A stretch of 37,370 bases of DNA from a virus (IMGVR_UViG_3300048853_000106:1-37370), one strand, 5' to 3'; shown: positions 1 through 9,545, numbered from the stretch's first letter. The notes: generated from the letters alone by a model not told the origin. Program-made: numbers and translations.

Positions 1-100
1 TGCGCACCTCGTCGCCGGTGTAGGTGCCGCTGCACTGCAGGGCGAGGTTCGAACAGCCGGCTAGGGCCAGCACCAAAGTGAGCAGGGCGATCTTCTTCAT
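1..100 (-). CDS. Lipoprotein, candidate spanin (runs off window edge)
   Basis: Read by hand: ATG at 100 overlaps the endolysin stop (ATGA). Translation MKKIALLTLVLALAGCSNLALQCSGTYTGDEVR... has a lipobox LAGC. Confidence 0.75.
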   Translation of the reverse strand, partial: MKKIALLTLVLALAGCSNLALQCSGTYTGDEVR

Positions 101-564
101 GTCTTGCCTTTCAGGTTGTCGTACTGGGACATGTTGCGACCGCGCATGATCGAGATCAGCAGGTCGGCATACTTGGGATCGGTGGCGTAGCCCGCCTTAG
201 CGATGGCGCGCGCCCAGCCTTCGCCGGTCTTCTCCTTGAAGCAGGCGGCGTAGCGCGGGTTCACCTTCAGGAAGTTGGCGTGGTCGGCCATGCACTCGGC
301 CCAATCCTTGTAGGCGCGGAACTTGTCCTGCACCTGCGTGCGCACGCCCTTGATGAACTCGTGGGTTGTGATGACCGTCACAGGACCAGCCCATTTTGGA
401 CCGGGCTTGATGCCGAACAGGTTGCAGCCGGGGGCTTTCGCGCCCCAGCCAGTCTCGAGCGCGGCTTGCGCCAGGATCAGGCTGGCGGGGATGCCGGTGG
501 CGCGGTGCGTCGCCTGGGCGGCCGGCAGCAGCAGGGCGATGAAGGCGCTAGGCGGCATGGTCAT
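97..564 (-). CDS. Endolysin, GH73 glucosaminidase/FlgJ-like muramidase
   Basis: Motifs AQAALETGWG, NLFGIK, FRAY and GYATDPKY; lies next to the holin. Confidence 0.92.
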   Translation of the reverse strand: MTMPPSAFIALLLPAAQATHRATGIPASLILAQAALETGWGAKAPGCNLFGIKPGPKWAGPVTVITTHEFIKGVRTQVQDKFRAYKDWAECMADHANFLKVNPRYAACFKEKTGEGWARAIAKAGYATDPKYADLLISIMRGRNMSQYDNLKGKT

Positions 565-910
565 CCTCCTTGCGCGGCTGGTCAGCTGGCAGGTTCATCT
601 TCGAGTTCAGCAGCGCCTCGAACTTGAACAGCGCGCGCGAGCCCATGTGGGCGGCGATGCCGACCAGGGCGTACTTCATCGGCGACGATGCGCCGGCGGC
701 GTCGCACAGGTGGGCGGTGATGATCCCGGTGAAGCCGGACACGCACAGTTCGCCCACCAGCTCAGTGATGTTCCAGGCGCGCGCGTGGCCCTCGCGCATC
801 TTGCGCACGAAGCTGGCCCAGCCGCCCCACAAGGAAATGGCGATCAGCAGCGCCCAGCTGACCAGGGTGTCGTAGTCGAAGCCGCCCGGAGGCGGGTTGG
901 TAGGGGTCAT
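548..910 (-). CDS. Holin (LydA-like phage holin)
   Basis: 120 aa with 2-3 hydrophobic segments and a charged C-terminus, directly upstream of the endolysin. Confidence 0.85.
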   Translation of the reverse strand: MTPTNPPPGGFDYDTLVSWALLIAISLWGGWASFVRKMREGHARAWNITELVGELCVSGFTGIITAHLCDAAGASSPMKYALVGIAAHMGSRALFKFEALLNSKMNLPADQPRKEDDHAA

Positions 911-930
911 GATGACCTTTCAGAAATGAG

Positions 931-953
931 AAAAGGCCACCCGGAGGTGGCCT
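931..953 (-). terminator. Intrinsic terminator between ejection genes and lysis cassette
   Basis: On the minus strand, AGGCCACC-TCCG-GGTGGCCT followed by TTT. Confidence 0.7.
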
Positions 954-982
954 ATAATTGTCGAAACTACATGGGGAACAGC

Positions 983-1126
983 GTGACGGACTACATGCTC
1001 TACAAGGCGATTGCCCTTCTGATCCTGGCGTTCGTCTGGAACTTCATCATCGGCTTTACCGAGACGTCCCGACCACCGGCGCCGCGCGATAAGCAGCCGG
1101 GCCGAGAAGGTCGAGAATTGCCTTAG
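983..1126 (+). CDS. Small single-TM membrane protein, antisense to late operon (candidate superinfection exclusion moron)
   Basis: GTG start (alternative ATG at 971) after GGGGA. Translation VTDYMLYKAIALLILAFVWNFIIGFTETSRPP...; TATAAT at 953-958. Confidence 0.5.
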   Translation: MTDYMLYKAIALLILAFVWNFIIGFTETSRPPAPRDKQPGREGRELP

Positions 1127-2981
1127 CCTGCAGCTGCGCAGGGGTGGGGCCGCCGCGCGCGGCCGGCATGAGCGAAGGGTCGAGCATGAAGTCGACCAGG
1201 TTATTCCGGATCTTCTCGTCGGCGCCGCTGTAGACCAGTCTGCCGGCCTGCGCCATCGAAGTGCCGATCTTCCCGTTGATTGCGGCGCCGGTCTTTCCGG
1301 GCAGCAGTGTGGCCAACAAGTTGTTCACACCCAGGTTCTGCATCGTATTCGAGCCGGCTGACTTTCCAAGTCCCAGCTTATCCTGACGCAGCAAATCCAG
1401 CTGGATCGCCCGCAGTGCGCTCAACTGCTCGTCGGTGATCGACTTTGCGGCATTCACGCCTGGCTCGCGGCGTGCGCGCTCCAGCCCCTCGATTGCAGTC
1501 TTGACCTTTTGCAGGGTGATGTTGCCGCGCTGGTCGGTCAGCTTCAAGTCCTGCAGCGCCTCCATCGCATTGATCGGCTGGCTCATCTCGGCGAATGTCT
1601 GGCGCGCGGCCCCGTAGGTGGGCGATACCTTCGCCAGTTCCTCGGCCAGCTTGTCGCGCATGCCCATGATGGCCCGGCTTTCGTTGCGCCCCATCGCGCT
1701 GGCGGCGCCCGGGTTGAGGGCATCGTCCAACGCCAGCTTGATGTAGTGCAGCCCTTCCAGCGACTGCAGCGGGTCCGCCAGCTGCACGCCATTGTTCGCG
1801 GCCAGGCGCTTGGCCGATTCCGCGGCCGCGCGGAACGTCGGTCGCTGAATCAGCTCGCGTAGGCCGGGCGTGGCCAAGTCTTCGCGAGCGCCAGACAAGC
1901 CGACGCCAGAGAACGGCGCTCGCATCTTCTGCGACTCGTTCGCCAGGGCCTGACGCATCGAGTCCGCAGTGAAGGCGCGCCCGTACAGTGCGTCGGCCGC
2001 GGTGTCGCGCGCGCCCTTGGCCGACTCGATCGCGGCGCGGTCGCCGGCGACGCGGCTGAACGCTGCGTCGCGTGCGGCGGCGTTCAATTCGGCTCGATCC
2101 ACGAACGGTTGCGATTTCAGATCGCGGACAACGCGCTGCAGACCGGCAATGCCGGAATTTCCCGTCGCCTCGGCCAGTGTTGGCCGCGAGCCGGCCACCA
2201 GCTCGGTCAGGTCGACGTTCATCGGGCCGCCTTCGCCGAACTCGCGGATCACCTTCGCTGCCAGCTCTTTCTGCCCAGCTTCGGTCAGAGGCTGCACCAG
2301 CGCCTTGGCCGAGCGACCGGCGTACCGGCCTGCAGAGCCGACAGCCGCCAGCCCGGGTGGTAGCAGCGCGCCGATGGCCGCGCCAGTGCCCGCGTCGTCC
2401 GGGTTGACCAAGCCGGCACTCGCCGCGCCAGTAGCACCGCCGCCAGCCATGCGCACGGCCAGCCCTGCGCCGCGCGGGAGTGCTTGGGAGCCGACGCGGA
2501 AGCCGCCCGACGCCAGCGAGCTTGCCAGCGCCTCGGCCAGCGGCGCCGACACGCCAGCGCGAGCCAGCGCCGGTGCTGCGCCACGCACGCCAGCGCCCAG
2601 CGCGCCGCCGACCGGAAGCGTCGCCGCGATATTGGCGCCAACACGGCCGACCTTGAACGCGGTCGAGTCCTTGTTTTCCTCGGTCAACGCTTCGAAGTCA
2701 GCGTTGCGAGTGCGGGTCATCTGCGCGATGTCCGGCACGCGCTTACGGTGCTCGGCCGGCAGCGCTTCGCGGATCGCATCGGTCACCTTGCCCGGCAAGT
2801 AAGACATGGCGTTCAGCACCGTGTTGCCGATGTCCGACACGCCCAGCGCCGCGCCTTCCAGCAGCCCGCGCGCGGTGCTCTTGCCATTGCCGGCGCGCGT
2901 CGGCTTGGCGGGCGCGTCGTACCGGTCGAACGGGTTCGCACCAGCGGCAGGCGAGTCGTATTGATCGAATGGGTTGCTCAT
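1056..2981 (-). CDS. Internal virion/DNA ejection protein
   Basis: 641 aa, Ala/Gly-rich, with N-terminal NPFDQYD/NPFDRYD repeats. Last of three long genes after the tail, as in P22 gp7/20/16. Confidence 0.75.
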   Translation of the reverse strand: MSNPFDQYDSPAAGANPFDRYDAPAKPTRAGNGKSTARGLLEGAALGVSDIGNTVLNAMSYLPGKVTDAIREALPAEHRKRVPDIAQMTRTRNADFEALTEENKDSTAFKVGRVGANIAATLPVGGALGAGVRGAAPALARAGVSAPLAEALASSLASGGFRVGSQALPRGAGLAVRMAGGGATGAASAGLVNPDDAGTGAAIGALLPPGLAAVGSAGRYAGRSAKALVQPLTEAGQKELAAKVIREFGEGGPMNVDLTELVAGSRPTLAEATGNSGIAGLQRVVRDLKSQPFVDRAELNAAARDAAFSRVAGDRAAIESAKGARDTAADALYGRAFTADSMRQALANESQKMRAPFSGVGLSGAREDLATPGLRELIQRPTFRAAAESAKRLAANNGVQLADPLQSLEGLHYIKLALDDALNPGAASAMGRNESRAIMGMRDKLAEELAKVSPTYGAARQTFAEMSQPINAMEALQDLKLTDQRGNITLQKVKTAIEGLERARREPGVNAAKSITDEQLSALRAIQLDLLRQDKLGLGKSAGSNTMQNLGVNNLLATLLPGKTGAAINGKIGTSMAQAGRLVYSGADEKIRNNLVDFMLDPSLMPAARGGPTPAQLQAKAILDLLGPAAYRAAPVVGTSR

Positions 2982-4342
2982 TATCGTCCCAGGATGGATG
3001 CAGCCGCGCCAGCGCCATACTTGGCGTCGAACTGGTCGCGAAGCTTCGGATTCATTCGCAAATGATTCACGGCGCCCTGCGGAATACTTGGGCGCCCGCC
3101 AGCGCCAGCGCCAGCGCCAGCGCCAGCGCCAGCGCCATTTGATGGTCGCTCCGGTGCTGGCATCGCCCCCGAGCGCTTCAGGCCACTGTTAATCACCTCA
3201 CGGAGATCGGTCAGTGCGGTTTCATACTCGCCATCGCTCTGCGCGCGGTTGAGTCGTGCGATCGCTTGCGTGGCCTTCTGGCCTTCGATCTCGGTGATCT
3301 GGCCTGCGCCCTTGAGCGATTCGAATGCTTGCAGGAAGGCGCCGCCGCTCAGCTGGTCTGCCACCACGCGGAAGTCTGTGGCATCGGTCCCAGGAAGGTA
3401 ATTCCGTGGGTCGAGCGTGCCGCTGAGGCCAGTCGAGGTCTTGCGGCCAGGGTGGTCCAGCGCCTTGTCGATGACTCCAATTTGCGTACGCAGTCCCGCC
3501 GCGGTGCTGTCCTTGGACAGTTGGCGATCCTCCGCCTTCCCACGCAAGGCGTCGATTCGCAGTTGGCGCTCTTCATTCATAAGCCCGCGGCTATTCGCGT
3601 TTGCCTCGCGCTGGCGCGCATCCGCTAGATTTTGCCCCCGCATGGTGATGCTCCCGCTGTAGACGGTGTCCGGATCAACGGTGTTGGCGAAGCTTGCCCC
3701 CGCCTGGCCGGTGTACTCGTTCACGCCCAGCGTCTTTCCACCCGTATTCAGGAAGTGCAGTTTGTCGCGCGGCTTGTAGCCTTCGAGCACCTTATGAGTA
3801 CCGTCGTCAGCCAAGCGAACCGCCACAGGCTGACCGTCGGGGCCGTTCAGATACTCGACCTCGTTTCCGTACTTCGGGCCGACCTTCTTCAGCGACTGCT
3901 GCAGCTGGAAACCCATTGCCGGGTCGATCGCCATCACCTGCTTAATGTAGGAGTCGGTGTCGAACCCATCCTGGAACTCGCTGATACGCGCGAGATTGGC
4001 GTTGGTCGGGCCACCCGGCAGCGAAGAAGCCTGCTGGCCGGCCGTGCGGTATGCGCCCTTGGCCGCGTCGTCCAGCCGTTGCTGCTTCGCCAACGCCCGC
4101 TGCTGCGCCGCCAGGTCGGCCTCGACGCCTTTGATTTGCAGGCCGCGCATTTGCTCCTGCTGCGCGCGGTCCCGCTGCTGGTCCATCGAGGCATAGAAGG
4201 CGTTGGTGCCTTCGCCCAGGATCGCCCCCAGGCCGACAGGCGCCCGCGACGGACCGGACGCCTGGAGGATTTGCGCGGCCGACGCCAGCAGGCTGCGGTT
4301 CTGCTCGGGCGACAGATTGAAGAGTGAGTCGAGGATTCCCAT
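2981..4342 (-). CDS. Internal virion/DNA ejection protein
   Basis: 453 aa, Gln/Ala/Gly-rich, MGILD N-terminus; position in the ejection cluster. Confidence 0.72.
   Translation of the reverse strand: MGILDSLFNLSPEQNRSLLASAAQILQASGPSRAPVGLGAILGEGTNAFYASMDQQRDRAQQEQMRGLQIKGVEADLAAQQRALAKQQRLDDAAKGAYRTAGQQASSLPGGPTNANLARISEFQDGFDTDSYIKQVMAIDPAMGFQLQQSLKKVGPKYGNEVEYLNGPDGQPVAVRLADDGTHKVLEGYKPRDKLHFLNTGGKTLGVNEYTGQAGASFANTVDPDTVYSGSITMRGQNLADARQREANANSRGLMNEERQLRIDALRGKAEDRQLSKDSTAAGLRTQIGVIDKALDHPGRKTSTGLSGTLDPRNYLPGTDATDFRVVADQLSGGAFLQAFESLKGAGQITEIEGQKATQAIARLNRAQSDGEYETALTDLREVINSGLKRSGAMPAPERPSNGAGAGAGAGAGAGGRPSIPQGAVNHLRMNPKLRDQFDAKYGAGAAASILGR
3097..3137. repeat. Tandem hexamer (CGCCAG)x6.8 encoding a (GA)n linker
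   Basis: Six perfect CGCCAG copies plus CGCCA. Confidence 0.95.
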
Positions 4343-4351
4343 GTGCTTTCC

Positions 4352-5515
4352 TTAAAACAGGCCCTTGAGGCTGTTGAACAGACCGATGCCCTGCTGCGCG
4401 CCGCCCAGCAGGTTGCCGAGCGTATTTTGATACTGCGGGGTGCTGCTGGTGCTCGACTGGTTCACGCTCAGGTACGGCGCCAGCAGAGAATTCACGCCCT
4501 GCGCGCGGTTTAGGCTGTAGTTGTCGTTCGCGTTCACCTGCTGGCCGACATTGCCCAGCAGCCCCGACAGCAGGCCGGCGCCAGCGAGGTTCTGGCCGTT
4601 GTTCTGTGCATTGGTGGTCAGCTGCGACTGCAGGTTGGCCAAGTTGGTCTGCTGCTGCATCGAGGCGTTCCGGTCCAGCACGTTGTTGTGCGTGCCGACG
4701 TTCATGAACTCGGCCGCGTTCTTCGTCGCCGCGTCCTGCTGCGCCACGTTGTACTGCTGGGCGCCCAGGCCCTGCGTCGCCGACAGCGCGCGGTTTTGCC
4801 CGCTCTCGTAGGCGCCGGCCAGGGCGCTGGCGGTGTTCGCGCTGTTGGCCAAGCCGACTTGGGTGTTCGTGTTGCTCAGCTGCTTCGTCAGGTCGCTAAT
4901 CGCGTTGCCCTCAGCGATGCCTTGGCGCGAGCCACCGTACTGACCGGCCGCGATGGCGCCGCCGCGGATTGACGGCAAGACGGTCTTCTGGAAATTATCC
5001 GTCAGGCTGGCCTGGTTCTGCCGCAGCTGCTCGTTCGTCAGTGCGTTGCCGGCCTGGAGCGAACTCATCAGCTTCGACGTGTCGCCGCCGCTTAGCAGGT
5101 TCTGGTAAGAACCGGTCAGGTCGATGTTGTTCTGCGACGGCGCCTGCACCATATTGCCGGTCGCCCAGGCAGGGCCGCTGATGTTAGCAGTGGTGGCCAT
5201 TGGTGCAGGCGTGGTGCCCATCGACTTGTAGGCTGTGTTGCGCACCGCGTCCAAGTCGGCGCCGGCGTTGCCGACGTAGCCAGCGTACGCCGTGCCGAGG
5301 TTCTGTGCAGCGCCGGATTGCGGCGTCTTCAGCAGGTCCTGGTACTGACCCAGCAGGCCCTGCTGCCCGTTGGTGCCGAACAGCATGTTCGAGATTCGCG
5401 GGTCCAGTTGCTGCTGCGTGGTCGTCGTCGAGCTGCCGGACTGCTTGCTACCCTTGCTGCCCAGCAGGCCGCCGACTACTGGCGCCGCTACCTTGAGGAT
5501 TGACTCAATGCCCAT
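4352..5515 (-). CDS. Internal virion/DNA ejection (pilot-like) protein
   Basis: 387 aa, Q/N/S/G-rich, with N-terminal GGLLG..SSTTTTQ and an internal GQYGGSRQGIAEG motif. Confidence 0.75.
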   Translation of the reverse strand: MGIESILKVAAPVVGGLLGSKGSKQSGSSTTTTQQQLDPRISNMLFGTNGQQGLLGQYQDLLKTPQSGAAQNLGTAYAGYVGNAGADLDAVRNTAYKSMGTTPAPMATTANISGPAWATGNMVQAPSQNNIDLTGSYQNLLSGGDTSKLMSSLQAGNALTNEQLRQNQASLTDNFQKTVLPSIRGGAIAAGQYGGSRQGIAEGNAISDLTKQLSNTNTQVGLANSANTASALAGAYESGQNRALSATQGLGAQQYNVAQQDAATKNAAEFMNVGTHNNVLDRNASMQQQTNLANLQSQLTTNAQNNGQNLAGAGLLSGLLGNVGQQVNANDNYSLNRAQGVNSLLAPYLSVNQSSTSSTPQYQNTLGNLLGGAQQGIGLFNSLKGLF

Positions 5516-5880
5516 TTTTTGTGGCTCCTATAGATGCCGTTGTCATTCACGAAGCCGAGCCGTTCGACGAACAGCCGGCCTTCTTCTGTGGTGGCAGAGG
5601 TGGTGGCCTCGCCATGCTCCTCGATCACCCGGTTCAGCAGTGAGGCCTGCTCGCGGCCGAACCAGCGTCCGCGCGCCGCCGGCAGCACACACGCATGGAT
5701 TTCCGGTCCGCGCACCAGCACGGCGCCGCACAGCCGTCCGCGCACCAGCACCGGATGGACTTCGAAGTCGCGCAGTCCAGCTGCGAAGGCGTCGAAGCTC
5801 ATCCCGCCCAGACGCGGCGCTGTAGCCTCGAACGCCAGGCGCAGCGCCTGCTGCTCGACGGTCAGCCCAGCGGCGTCCAT
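5488..5880 (-). CDS. GNAT-fold-like virion assembly protein (P22 gp14 position)
   Basis: EIHACVLPAARGRW and FVERLGF resemble GNAT motifs; lies just before the ejection genes. Confidence 0.65.
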   Translation of the reverse strand: MDAAGLTVEQQALRLAFEATAPRLGGMSFDAFAAGLRDFEVHPVLVRGRLCGAVLVRGPEIHACVLPAARGRWFGREQASLLNRVIEEHGEATTSATTEEGRLFVERLGFVNDNGIYRSHKKWALSQSSR

Positions 5881-6158
5881 ACCATGCCGTTCCAGTAGTA
5901 GTACCCCTGGCCGCTGCCAGGGTCCCAGGCGGTGCCGTCGACGTAGACGATCATTGGCGCCATCGGTGCGGTTGGCTCCTCGTGCGTCGGCGCCAGCGCC
6001 AGGGTCGCGCTCGAGCTGAGCACGGACAGCACGCCTTGCAGCACGCCAGCGATGCGGTTCAGTTCGTTGTCCAGGTAGCGCTGCGCCGACGCCGGCAGGT
6101 CGGTCGGCGGCGGCTCGGGCTTGTAGCCCAGGATTGCACCGCGGTTCTGCTTCACCAT
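5862..6158 (-). CDS. Small virion tail protein (needle/plug position)
   Basis: ATG at 6158 overlaps the upstream stop. 98 aa ending in WDPGSGQGYYYWNG. Confidence 0.65.
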   Translation of the reverse strand: MVKQNRGAILGYKPEPPPTDLPASAQRYLDNELNRIAGVLQGVLSVLSSSATLALAPTHEEPTAPMAPMIVYVDGTAWDPGSGQGYYYWNGMVWTPLG

Positions 6159-7723
6159 CTGCTCCCGGGTTGCACTTCGATGTCGTAGGAGTCGAGCCGC
6201 CACTGCGCTGCGGTGCCGGTCTCGAACCGGATCGCGATGTAGCGGTACTCGACCATGCAGTCGACCGTGACGTCTTCGCCGATGACGAACTCGACTTCGG
6301 CGTCGTATTCCGGATCCGCTGTCGGGTCAGTCATGTGGCCGCCGATGCGCACCACCACGGTTTCGCCCACGTTCCCGCTGATGCGCGGTCGGATCGCGGT
6401 GACCAGCTTCGTGACCTCGTCGTCGCCGAAGGCCAGGCCGCGCCGCTCCAGGAACGCATCGGGCAACAGGCCGTTGAACGATGCCGAGGCGTCGAGCAGC
6501 AGCAATTGGCTGTCGTCCGAGGCCATGAGCACGCGCGCCAGGTTGGGCGTGAAGCCCGGGCCGTTCCAGGCGGTCAGGTCGCTGTCCCAGCTATCGTTGT
6601 CCGACGCCCAGCTGTCGCTCAGCGTGCTGTCGACCACGCCGTAGCTCGCGTGGTTCAGGTTCGGGATATCGCGGTAGCTGACGGTCCGGTCCTTGTAGTT
6701 CCAGACCAGCGCCCGGTTCGGCACCGTGCCGCCGATCGCCACGTAGCAGACGAACACCTCGTTCAGGAACGGGTTCTTGAACACGAACGCGCGGTCGTTG
6801 TAGGCCGTGTCCATGTCCTGGAACAGCGCCCGGCGCGCCACCTTGTCGAGCACCGGCACCGCGGACTGGCCGTCGTGCACCACGAAGTCTGAGCCGGTCA
6901 GCACCGCGTGCACGCCGTCCAGCTCCACGATGCAGTTGCGGTTCATGGCGCCGGACAGGCCCAGCACCTTGCGGAAGCTGAACACGAATTGGCCGCCGAT
7001 GAAGTCCATGCGCCACACGGATTGCTCCTTGTAGATCATGAAGCTGTCGCGCAGCTGCAGGCCGTCGACGATGCGGTCGCCGCCTTCGGCCAGATCGTAT
7101 TCGCCCGCGTCCTGGGTGGCGTCGGCCGGGTTCCAGGTCACCGGAACGCCGCCCGGATCCGCGGGCGCCGACCACTTCACCATGAATGGGTAGTTGGTAC
7201 CGGCCTTGGTCACGTTCAGCGCGATCAGGAAGTTTCGGTACGCGCGCATCGACTTGCAGAACGTGTTCGCCGGCCAGTTGTCGAGCACCTTGAAGCGGCT
7301 GGCGGTGCTCAGGTTCCACTGCTGCGGCGGGTCGACTTCGTTCCCGGCGTTCAGGATCGGGATGCCCGACAGCAGCGTGCTGGTCCAGGCGTTCTGCTTG
7401 CCGGTGTAGTTGACGTCGGCGCCGTTGGTTTGGCGCGTCAAGTTCGTGTGCGTGGCGACGCCGCCGGCCACCGTAGCAGCGTAGATTTTCTCAGCGCCGG
7501 CGTACAGCCAGTAGCCCATGCCGCCGATGTTCAGCTGCGTCAGATGATAGGGAGTCACCGCCGGCGCGCCATACGCCGGGCCGTGGCCGAAGAACTGGCG
7601 GCAGGAGCCGTCGAGGAACCGGATATTACGCGCGTCCGTCCAGGCCGTCAGCGGCAGATCATGCTGCGCCAGGTCCCGGATGACGCCCACCGCCCCGGCG
7701 TTGGGGATCGGGACCACTGGCAT
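6152..7723 (-). CDS. Tail tube/nozzle protein (P22 gp10-like beta-propeller)
   Basis: 523 aa, beta-rich, with VKWS..ADP..W and ALVWNY motifs; position in the tail module. Confidence 0.75.
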   Translation of the reverse strand: MPVVPIPNAGAVGVIRDLAQHDLPLTAWTDARNIRFLDGSCRQFFGHGPAYGAPAVTPYHLTQLNIGGMGYWLYAGAEKIYAATVAGGVATHTNLTRQTNGADVNYTGKQNAWTSTLLSGIPILNAGNEVDPPQQWNLSTASRFKVLDNWPANTFCKSMRAYRNFLIALNVTKAGTNYPFMVKWSAPADPGGVPVTWNPADATQDAGEYDLAEGGDRIVDGLQLRDSFMIYKEQSVWRMDFIGGQFVFSFRKVLGLSGAMNRNCIVELDGVHAVLTGSDFVVHDGQSAVPVLDKVARRALFQDMDTAYNDRAFVFKNPFLNEVFVCYVAIGGTVPNRALVWNYKDRTVSYRDIPNLNHASYGVVDSTLSDSWASDNDSWDSDLTAWNGPGFTPNLARVLMASDDSQLLLLDASASFNGLLPDAFLERRGLAFGDDEVTKLVTAIRPRISGNVGETVVVRIGGHMTDPTADPEYDAEVEFVIGEDVTVDCMVEYRYIAIRFETGTAAQWRLDSYDIEVQPGSRW

Positions 7724-8298
7724 CAGGCCACCTCGTAGTCTTCGATGTCGCCCCAGATGATCTGGTCGGCACGGCCGACGGTGAGCACGCCGATGGCTTC
7801 CAGCGTGCGCAGGCCGTCCTGCAGTTCAGGCAGATTCAGGTCGGCGTGGCGCGCGGCGGCCATGTCCTTCTCCAGCACGCGCACACCGGCCGCCGCCTGG
7901 CGCTCGGCCTGCGTGCCCGCCGGGTTGTCCAGCGCTGCCATCTCGAACTCCAGGCGCTCGGCATAGGTGAAACGCTTGCGCAGCGCCAGGTGGGTGATGT
8001 GGCGCGTGGTAGTGCGCTTCCATTCCAGGATTTCGGCGGGCGTCCAGTCGATCACCTCGCGCTCGATTTTCACGACCTTACGATCGCTGTCTAGCACCCA
8101 GGTCTCGGCGCCGTAGCTCTGGTAGCGCTGCAGCGGCGGGTAGGCGACTTCGCCCGGATAGAACGCAAGGTGCTCGTAGCCCAGCCAGGTGGACAGATCG
8201 AGCAAGACATCGGGCGGCAGGCCCCAGAGTCCGAGCGGTGGCGGCTCGCGGCGGATTTCGCCAGTCGCCAAGATGATCATGAAGAGATGGTCGTACAT
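7723..8298 (-). CDS. Tail fibre-associated/assembly protein
   Basis: 191 aa following the Gly-rich fibre gene; C-terminal ITHLALRKRFT...GVLTVGRADQI domain typical of fibre chaperones. Confidence 0.6.
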   Translation of the reverse strand: MYDHLFMIILATGEIRREPPPLGLWGLPPDVLLDLSTWLGYEHLAFYPGEVAYPPLQRYQSYGAETWVLDSDRKVVKIEREVIDWTPAEILEWKRTTTRHITHLALRKRFTYAERLEFEMAALDNPAGTQAERQAAAGVRVLEKDMAAARHADLNLPELQDGLRTLEAIGVLTVGRADQIIWGDIEDYEVA

Positions 8299-8313
8299 AT
8301 TTGCCTTTCGGAT

Positions 8314-9108
8314 TTACCAGAATTCGATGAGGACGAAGCCGGCACCAGACGGGTTGGCGCCCGGATTTGAGCCCTGTGCGCCACCACTGCCTGCACCGCC
8401 ATCTGGTGCACTTAGGTCATTCGATGGGACGCTATTCATCCCGACTCGAATCGCGGCACCGCCAATTTGATTTGAGAAGGGCGCTGCTGCGGGCATCTGA
8501 GGTGCTTGTGCGGAACTGCTTCCGAACCCTCCCGGGGTTCCGCCAGTCAGATGTTCGAAACCGGGGCCGCCAGAGCCAGGGGTGCCATTACTGCTAGCGT
8601 TCCCTCCATTGCCACCGCGTGACGCGGCGCCTCCACCAGCTCCGCCAAGGACATCAGATGTGATAGTCGAGCCGTTCCCGCCATTGAAATTAACCGCACC
8701 GCCTTGACCAATGCCTCCGATTCCGCCGGCCGTAGACGTGCCGTTTGAGCCGGTTCCGGCACTCAGGCGATAACCGAGCGCATCGACTATCACTGCGAGA
8801 TCGTCAAATCGAACACTGATAACTGCGCCAGGCGGCGCGCGTTCTACGAGCGTTCCCGAAAAGCCTCCACCGCCCCCGCCAGGGGGGCGGTTCCCGGTGC
8901 GAAAGCCAACGCCGCCCTTGCCGGTGGCGCTCACTCGCGCATACGTCGCCCAGGCCGGAATACGGATGTTTTGATCGATGCGAACGGTCATGAAGGCCGC
9001 CGGGAATGCTGCAGGGTCGGCACCGATGGTCACGATGTCTCGCCGCGGCAGGCCGGGCAAAGCATTCCCGACACTCGGCGCGCCGCGTGGTCCGTATGGA
9101 TATGGCAT
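8314..9108 (-). CDS. Glycine-rich tail fibre/receptor-binding protein
   Basis: GKGG, GGGGGG and GGAGGGA repeats, ending GAGFVLIEFW; visibly less GC-biased codons than its neighbours. Confidence 0.72.
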   Translation of the reverse strand: MPYPYGPRGAPSVGNALPGLPRRDIVTIGADPAAFPAAFMTVRIDQNIRIPAWATYARVSATGKGGVGFRTGNRPPGGGGGGFSGTLVERAPPGAVISVRFDDLAVIVDALGYRLSAGTGSNGTSTAGGIGGIGQGGAVNFNGGNGSTITSDVLGGAGGGAASRGGNGGNASSNGTPGSGGPGFEHLTGGTPGGFGSSSAQAPQMPAAAPFSNQIGGAAIRVGMNSVPSNDLSAPDGGAGSGGAQGSNPGANPSGAGFVLIEFW

Positions 9109-9110
9109 GA

Positions 9111-9533
9111 TCAGAAGTCCGAGTATTCGGCTTTGAAAGTGACCGGCACCGCCGTCGCCGCCTTTAGGCCGACAAAGAGGCGATCTCCAGCGGCCAGGCG
9201 CAGGGGAAACTGCTCCGAGTACAACAGGAACTGGGTCTCCGGGTATCCGGTGCTCACCGACTCAATGTATGCAGGCATCGTCTCCGAGTCAATCAGGCGG
9301 ATGGTCGCGTAGTTGTCCATGCTTTTCGCGATGAACAGCAGCAGGCCGGTGCCGCTGACCTGACCGCGCGGAATGCCGGAGAGGCGCGTCAGAATTGCGC
9401 CCTCAGGGCCGGCTTGCAGCAGTTGGGTGATGCCGGTCGGCGCATCGGTAGCGAGGCCAACAACAGCGGTGCCGGTCGCAACAACAGCGGTTTGAAGGGT
9501 TTGCGCGAACGGCGCAACGTTGGTTTTCGCCAT
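9111..9533 (-). CDS. Tail fibre module protein (beta-sandwich-like connector)
   Basis: 140 aa ending LAAGDRL...AEYSDF, between the fibre anchor and the Gly-rich gene. Confidence 0.65.
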   Translation of the reverse strand: MAKTNVAPFAQTLQTAVVATGTAVVGLATDAPTGITQLLQAGPEGAILTRLSGIPRGQVSGTGLLLFIAKSMDNYATIRLIDSETMPAYIESVSTGYPETQFLLYSEQFPLRLAAGDRLFVGLKAATAVPVTFKAEYSDF

Positions 9534-9545
9534 GGCGATGATTCC

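Noticed and set aside
323-982. N-terminal part of the 267-aa plus-strand ORF
   Set aside because: Antisense shadow of endolysin and holin; only the last ~47-51 codons look like a real gene.
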